A stretch of 64,000 bases of DNA from Macrostomum lignano (lineage: Eukaryota): the NCBI GenBank assembly GCA_002269645.1, contig NIVC01000032.1, positions 1,391,156-1,455,155 of the forward strand, written 5' to 3'. A program made the translations under genes and the position numbers. The notes below the pieces were generated by a model. The model was given only the letters and a program-made list of their open reading frames with translations. It ran no database searches and was not told the DNA's origin. Positions 61,221-64,000 of this stretch are shown one piece after another (positions within the stretch are counted from its first letter, which is position 1; every line of letters starts with the position of its first letter).

Positions 61221-62720
61221 GAGAATCTCTCTCACCCTAAGAATCTCTCTCACCTTTGAAAATCTCTCTCACTTTGAGAATATCTCACCTGGAGAATCTC
61301 TCACCTTGAGAATATCTCGCCTGGAGAATCTGTCACCTAGAGAATCTCTTACCGGGAGAATCTGTCACCTGGAGAATCTCTCATCTTGATCATCTCTCGC
61401 CTGGAGAATATCTCACCCTGAGAATCTCTCACCTGGAAAATCTCTCACCTTGAGAATCTTTCCTAAAGAGAATCTCTCACCTTGAGAATCTCTCACCTTG
61501 GGAATCTCTCTCACCCTGAGAATCTCTCACCTGGAGAATCTTTCCCTTAGAGAATCTCTCAACTTGAGAATCTCTCACCTGGAGAATCTTTCCCTTAGAG
61601 AATCTCTCAACTTGAGAATCTCTCAACTTGAGAATCTCTCACCTTGAGAATCTTTCCTTAGACAATCTCTCACTTTGAAACTCTCTCACCTTGAGAATCT
61701 CTCACCTTGGGAATCTCTCACCCTGAGAATCTCTCTCACCTTGAGAATCTCTCACCTTGGGAATCTCTCACCCTGAGAATGTCTCACCTTGAGAACCTCT
61801 CACCCTGATAATATCTTGCCTGGAGAATCTGTAACCTGGAGAATCTCTCATCTTGTTAATCTCTCGCCTGGAGAATATCTCACATGGAGAATCTCTCACC
61901 GGGAGAATCTGTCACCTGGAGAATCTCTCATCTTGATTATCTCTCGCCTGGAGAATATCTCACCTTGAGAATCTCTCACCTGGAAAATCTCTCACCTGGA
62001 GAATCTCTCACCTGGAGAATCTCTCATCTAAAGAATCTCTCACCTGGAGAATCTCTCACCTTGAGAATCTCTCACCTTGAGAATCTCTCACCTGGAGAAT
62101 CTCTCACCTGGAGAATCTCTCACCTAGAGAATCTCTCACCTGGAGAATCTCTCAACTTGAGAATCTCTCTCACCTTGAGAATCTCTCACCTTGGGAATCA
62201 CTCACCCTGAGAATGTGTCACCTTGAGAACCTCTCACCCTGATAATATCTTGCCTGGAGAATCTCTCACCTGGAGAATCTCTCACCGGGAGAATCTGTCA
62301 CCTGGAGAATCTCTCATCTTGATAATCTCTCGCCTGGAGAATATCTCACCTTGAGAATCTCTCACCTGGAGAATCTCTCACCTGGAGAATCTCTCACCTG
62401 GAGAATCTCTCACCTAGAGAATCTCTCACCTGGAGAATCTCTCAACTTGAGAATCTCTCTCACCTTGAGAATCTCTCACCTTGGGAATCACTCACCCTGA
62501 GAATGTGTCACCTTGAGAACTCTCACCCTGATAATATCTTGCCTGGAGAATCTCTCACCTGGAGAATCTCTCACCGGGAGAATCTGTCACCTGGAGAATC
62601 TCTCATCTTGATAATCTCTCGCCTGGAGAATATCTCACCTTGAGAATCTCTCACCTGGAGAATCTCTCACCTGGAGAATCTCTCACCTGGAGAATCTCTC
62701 ACCTGAGGAATCTCTTATCT
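61221..62720 (+). repeat. 16-bp minisatellite, copy 4 (expanded to about 1.5 kb)
   Basis: Same unit, with internal higher-order duplicated blocks. Confidence 0.93.
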
Positions 62721-63071
62721 GTAGAACATGCCTTAAAATCCACCATTTTAACGAACTCGCAAGGCTTGTTATGAACAGCTAAACAGCAAAATTTAAAATT
62801 TAAAAATTTTTAATTAATTAGATTCAATTAAAAAAAGCCTAAGCTGCGAGAAGTGAATTTATTGCAAAGATGACATTTCTTGTTTAACTAAGCGTTCGCA
62901 AAATTGTTCAATGCTTTCATTCGACGCAAAAATTATCGAGCAACAGGTGTTTCGAAGTCGCGCATGACCTTTATGCCATTCTGTTTTATTTAAATAAATA
63001 ACCTCTGAAACGGCTAAAAGCTTTAAAATTATTTCATCCAGCTCGACACTTGCTGGCCGCCTGTTTCTACA

Positions 63072-63203
63072 ATGAGTGTCAAAGTGAACTCAGCTTTTGC
63101 TTCCGTGCTGCTGGCCTTTGGTCTGCTGCTGCCCTGTCAACTGGGCCTGCCCACACGACAAATCAGGGTGAGTGCTGGATTCTTCGGACAGGTATGTGAG
63201 CTC

Positions 63204-63296
<93 letters not shown>

Positions 63297-63346
63297 ACAG
63301 ACAGACAGACAGACACTAAGACAGACACTAAGACAGACACTAAGAA

Positions 63347-63381
<35 letters not shown>

Positions 63382-63405
63382 AGACAGACACTAAGACAGA
63401 CACTA

Positions 63406-63442
<37 letters not shown>

Positions 63443-63445
63443 CTA

Positions 63446-63490
<45 letters not shown>

Positions 63491-63660
63491 GCAGTAAAAG
63501 ACAGGCAGAGTCACAAGCACCAGAGGTCGCTGACCATCGCAGCCCCAATCGACCCCCCAGCGACCGGATAATCGTGTTCGTCCCCACGCGGCCAGGCGCA
63601 GCTGGACTGGCTGGAACTGATCACTCCCAGGCTGGGAAGCCTGGCGAAGTCGGCGAAAAT
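63072..63660 (+). CDS. M14A carboxypeptidase, copy 4, exons 1-2 only (gene continues past window)
   Basis: Exon 1 63072-63191 ([40 protein letters not shown]) ends at CAG/GTATGT. Exon 2 ends at 63660 (AAT/GTACGT) and carries two compensating indels. Confidence 0.75.
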
Positions 63661-64000
63661 GTACGTTGGATCAACGTAATATGTTTTAATTAGATATCTT
63701 TTCAGCGAGAGAGGACTGAGATTCTAAGGCGAGATGCTCGATGATTCTCATAGATTCTAACACAAGGGATAATTATGCTAGAGATTCTCAAGTGAACGAT
63801 ATTCTATAGGTGAGATGTTTCAAGGTGAGATATTCTCCAGGTGACAGATTCTCAAGGTGAGAGATCTCAAGGTGAGAGATTCTCAAGGTGAGAGATTCTC
63901 AAGGTGAGAGATTCTCAAGGTGAGAGATTCTCAAGGTGAGAGATTCTCAAGGTGAGAGATTCTTAAGGTGAGAGATTCTCCAGGTGAGAGATTCTCAAGG

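Larger units (their letters stand above)
52829..64000. repeat. Tandem cassette copy 4 (truncated by window end)
   Basis: Colinear up to carboxypeptidase intron 2, and more diverged beyond about 59.2-60.5 kb. Confidence 0.96.

Overview
Eukaryotic (animal) genomic DNA; the intron style and minisatellite load suggest a flatworm such as Macrostomum, which is inference only. The whole window is a head-to-tail array of one 16-19 kb cassette, present 3.6 times (the window-start sequence recurs at 15919, 33613 and 52829). Each cassette holds three spliced genes I reconstructed by hand: a 4-exon RUN-domain gene on the minus strand (RUSC-like, up to 491 aa), an equilibrative nucleoside transporter (SLC29/ENT) on the plus strand, head-to-head with it, and an 8-exon secreted M14A carboxypeptidase with CPB-type Asp255. 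Most long introns are filled by their own minisatellite or MITE, and array lengths differ between cassette copies. Most notable: (1) an 87-bp array behind the RUN gene in which each unit is the last exon with its interior deleted (splice acceptor fused to stop codon); (2) intronic minisatellites carrying sense-strand splice-site mimics, including about 30 decoy AG/GTGAGA donors; (3) an ENT gene with no in-frame ATG, overlapping the RUN ORF; (4) a hAT-type MITE with an expandable 21-bp core; (5) a copy-specific retroposon with a degenerate tandem module. Most long ORFs in the supplied track are repeat artefacts. The array could partly be an assembly artefact (stacked haplotypes) and needs read-level confirmation.
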